Part shown: positions 61,528 through 64,000 of the stretch, in pieces | How the letters are laid out: each line of letters begins with the position of its first letter | How positions within the stretch are numbered: the first letter of the stretch is position 1 | NCBI GenBank assembly: GCA_002269645.1 | Contig: NIVC01002656.1 | Coordinates: 210,175 to 274,174, forward strand | Length of the DNA: 64,000 bases | DNA from: Macrostomum lignano | Taxonomy: Eukaryota | Direction: 5' to 3' | Notes under the pieces: generated by a model | What the model saw: the letters and a program-made list of their open reading frames with translations, nothing else | Told to the model about the DNA's origin: nothing | Databases searched by the model: none | Made by a program: the position numbers and the translations under genes

Positions 61528-63701
61528 CCGCAGCTACTGTCACCCATTTTGGCATTGTATTTCCCTGCAAAGCTTCGCGGAATGCAAGCCGTGTTTACAT
61601 AGCCAGAAATCTTGCCATGCCACATCAGATAGCAATTTGCTCTTATTGTGGCCCTGAGTTCGTCGGCACTGCAAGTTCAGATGAAATTGCACTGCATTAT
61701 TGATGCTTACTGAGAAGAACTGCATGGAACTGCAATCTGATTCGATTCAATCTGCTTCGACTGGTTCTGCTCGGAAATTTCCTATCGAATTGAATTCCTT
61801 TATGATTTGCTTATAGCTTTTGCAGTTCAGTTTCCAGTCTGAATTACGAACGGATCTCATAATCGTATTAACCTTGGTACGATATAATGCTCCTATTTTA
61901 TTGAGTTTTTTACCTGTACGAATGCAAGAGCTGAGGGCACCCTGACTCAATGCATTGTGGGAGACCACGGTCATCAGTTCCATGGAGCTGTCACACGATA
62001 AATACAAAGCCAAAGCATTGGCTTTCCAGCCTCAACAGGGTGATATGGTACATTGTCACTTCTGCAGCAGCTACCTAAGGGCAGCTAGGAAAGCAGCAGT
62101 CTGTGCCTGTCTGTGCCTGTCTGTGCCAGTCTGTGACAGTCTGTGCCAATCTGTGCCTGCCTGTGCCTGCCTGTGCCTGTCTGTGCCTGTCTGTGCCAGT
62201 TTGTGCCAGTCTGTGCCAGTGTGTGCCTGTCTGTGCCTGTCTGTGCTAGTCTGTGCCAGTCTGTGCCAGTGTGTGCCTGTCTGTGCCTGTCTGTGCCTGT
62301 CTGTGCCAGTCTCTGCCAGTCTGTGCCAATATGTGCCTGTATGTGCCTGTCTGTGCCTGTCTGTGCCAATCTGTTCCAGAGTGAGTGAGAGTGAGTGAGT
62401 GAGTGAGTGAGTGAGTGAGTGAGTGAGTGAGTGAGTGGGTCGGTGAGTGAGTGAGTGAGTGAGTGAGTGAGTGAGTGAGTGAGTGAGTGAGTGAGTGAGT
62501 GAGTGAGTGAATGAGTGGGTGGGTGAGTGAGTGAGTGTGTGAGTGGGTGGGTGAGTGAGTGAGTGTGTGTATGTGTGTCTGTTTGACCATTGCTCAGTAG
62601 ATTGATCAAGAAGGCAGAGGAAACCGGCGGCCTTCACTGGCCGCTGCCAGAGGTCGATGACCTCCAGGTCGGAGTTGTTGGCGGCAGTTGAGCAGTTGAG
62701 TTGTGCTGTGTGGAGAGCTTTGAGTGGCCACTCCTCAGCCGAGCAACCTGCAAGGACTACTTAACAACTCAGGACGCTACACTCGCGAATGGTAGAAATT
62801 CTAGAAAAGGCCGCTTGCTTTAGCTGTGTCTATGGCAATGAAGCCTTTTCACTAACATTCTTTCATATTCTCAATGCTGGTTCAGACCAGCACTGCTGGT
62901 TTGTAGCAATAATTTGTTTTCGTCTAAAATCTTGATAAATAGCAACACTCTTTTTCATCAAAATGCCAATGAAGTGCTGCATCCCTGGATGCAGAAGCAA
63001 TTATAAGAGCGGTGAAAAATGCACTGTTTTTGGCTTTCCAAAGGAATAAGCTGAAGCTGAGGCATGGCTCCATGCGTTGCCTGTGCAAATTAAGGTAATT
63101 TATGTAGCCTTTTGAACCTAATTTTCGTTTTTACTATAAAGATACTTATATTAACTGAATTGTGATGATCATTCCATTCTATCTGTAGAAGGCTAGCATC
63201 TACATGGGAGTCTGCAAAAATCACTGGCCTGAAAATGCACCAATGAGACGAATTAACCGCCATACACGCCCATCGACCCACCCTCAATCTTTAAAGATTT
63301 TTCATTGACTTCCCTGCGTCAGACTGTCTCAAGTAAGTATGAATGGTTGTGTACTTAGTTTACTTACTAAGTTGTATCAGCCTGTTTCAAAATTTTAGGA
63401 CGCTCTAGAGATGCTGGTCGGCGAGCGTGCTGTTAGTCGACAGAGCTAGGGCCCCTGATGAATTGACTGCCTTCAATTCTGTCGACAGAATTGTCTCGTG
63501 GGCACTATTCATTACGTCAGCTTTGAGCCTGGATTTTGTTACCTCGGAGGCTGGATTGTTCAATGTCAGGATTTGCGAGTCGATTTTTGCTCATTCATGA
63601 GCGCACTGTTGAGTCTTCCGTTCGAGTTAAGAGCGACTTCACAGTCTTGGCGTATCGGCGCGATGTGCTTGTAAAAAATTTCTGACATATTAGGTTTTCA
63701 G

Positions 63702-64000
63702 CACAGGCTGCAGCGCTACAGTCAGCTGGAAGCAATTGCCAACAGGACGCGGAGCTATGAAATCTCTGCAAGCTCTGCAGCTCAGTCACACATAGATGCG
63801 CTTCAGTCGATCTGTCTGGAATCATCTGATCCACGTCAGCAATATCTTCTACGCCAATTTCAGCTAAGCTTTAAACCACCGGTGGCGCTCGTACAACTGC
63901 ATGGATATTTTGATGCGCTAAGATATATTTTGCTGGAAGACAACGTACCGAGCTGCGAGAGAACTAGCGTGTCTGCCTCATCCAGCTACTCTAAAACGGC
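63702..64000 (+). CDS. Possible coding exon of an unidentified gene, open to the window end
   Basis: TTTTCAG| acceptor, then 99 stop-free codons (HRLQRYSQLEA...FKPPVALVQLHGYFDALRYILL...); family not recognised. Confidence 0.3.

Overview
Eukaryotic (animal) genomic DNA with GT-AG spliceosomal genes. GC-rich Ala/Gln-rich exons and a different minisatellite in most introns suggest a free-living flatworm such as Macrostomum; this is an inference. The left 46 kb carries seven reconstructable genes: a Tctex-1/DYNLT dynein light chain, TMEM267, condensin kleisin NCAPH (first exon not found), a divergent HMG-box gene with a long Q/P/Y-rich tail, intronless METTL26, RFC3 and a 6-exon protocadherin. 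It also holds about 20 tandem arrays, a tRNA-derived SINE, Harbinger- and hAT-type MITEs and a mariner relic. The right part (48.8-62.8 kb) is the most interesting. It contains a small family of intronless secreted-peptide genes (signal peptide, acidic propiece, KK site, 30-32 aa Arg/aromatic-rich peptide, Gly-Lys(-Arg) amidation signal): two intact copies with diverged mature peptides and one 5' stub. These genes sit in a nest of Crypton-type tyrosine-recombinase elements. One Crypton is split by a LOA-like LINE with RNase H. Junction sequences indicate that a Crypton integrated about 270 bp upstream of one peptide gene, and that a 3.4-kb segment was later inverted between two opposed Crypton ends. 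All comparisons were made by eye; no database searches were run.
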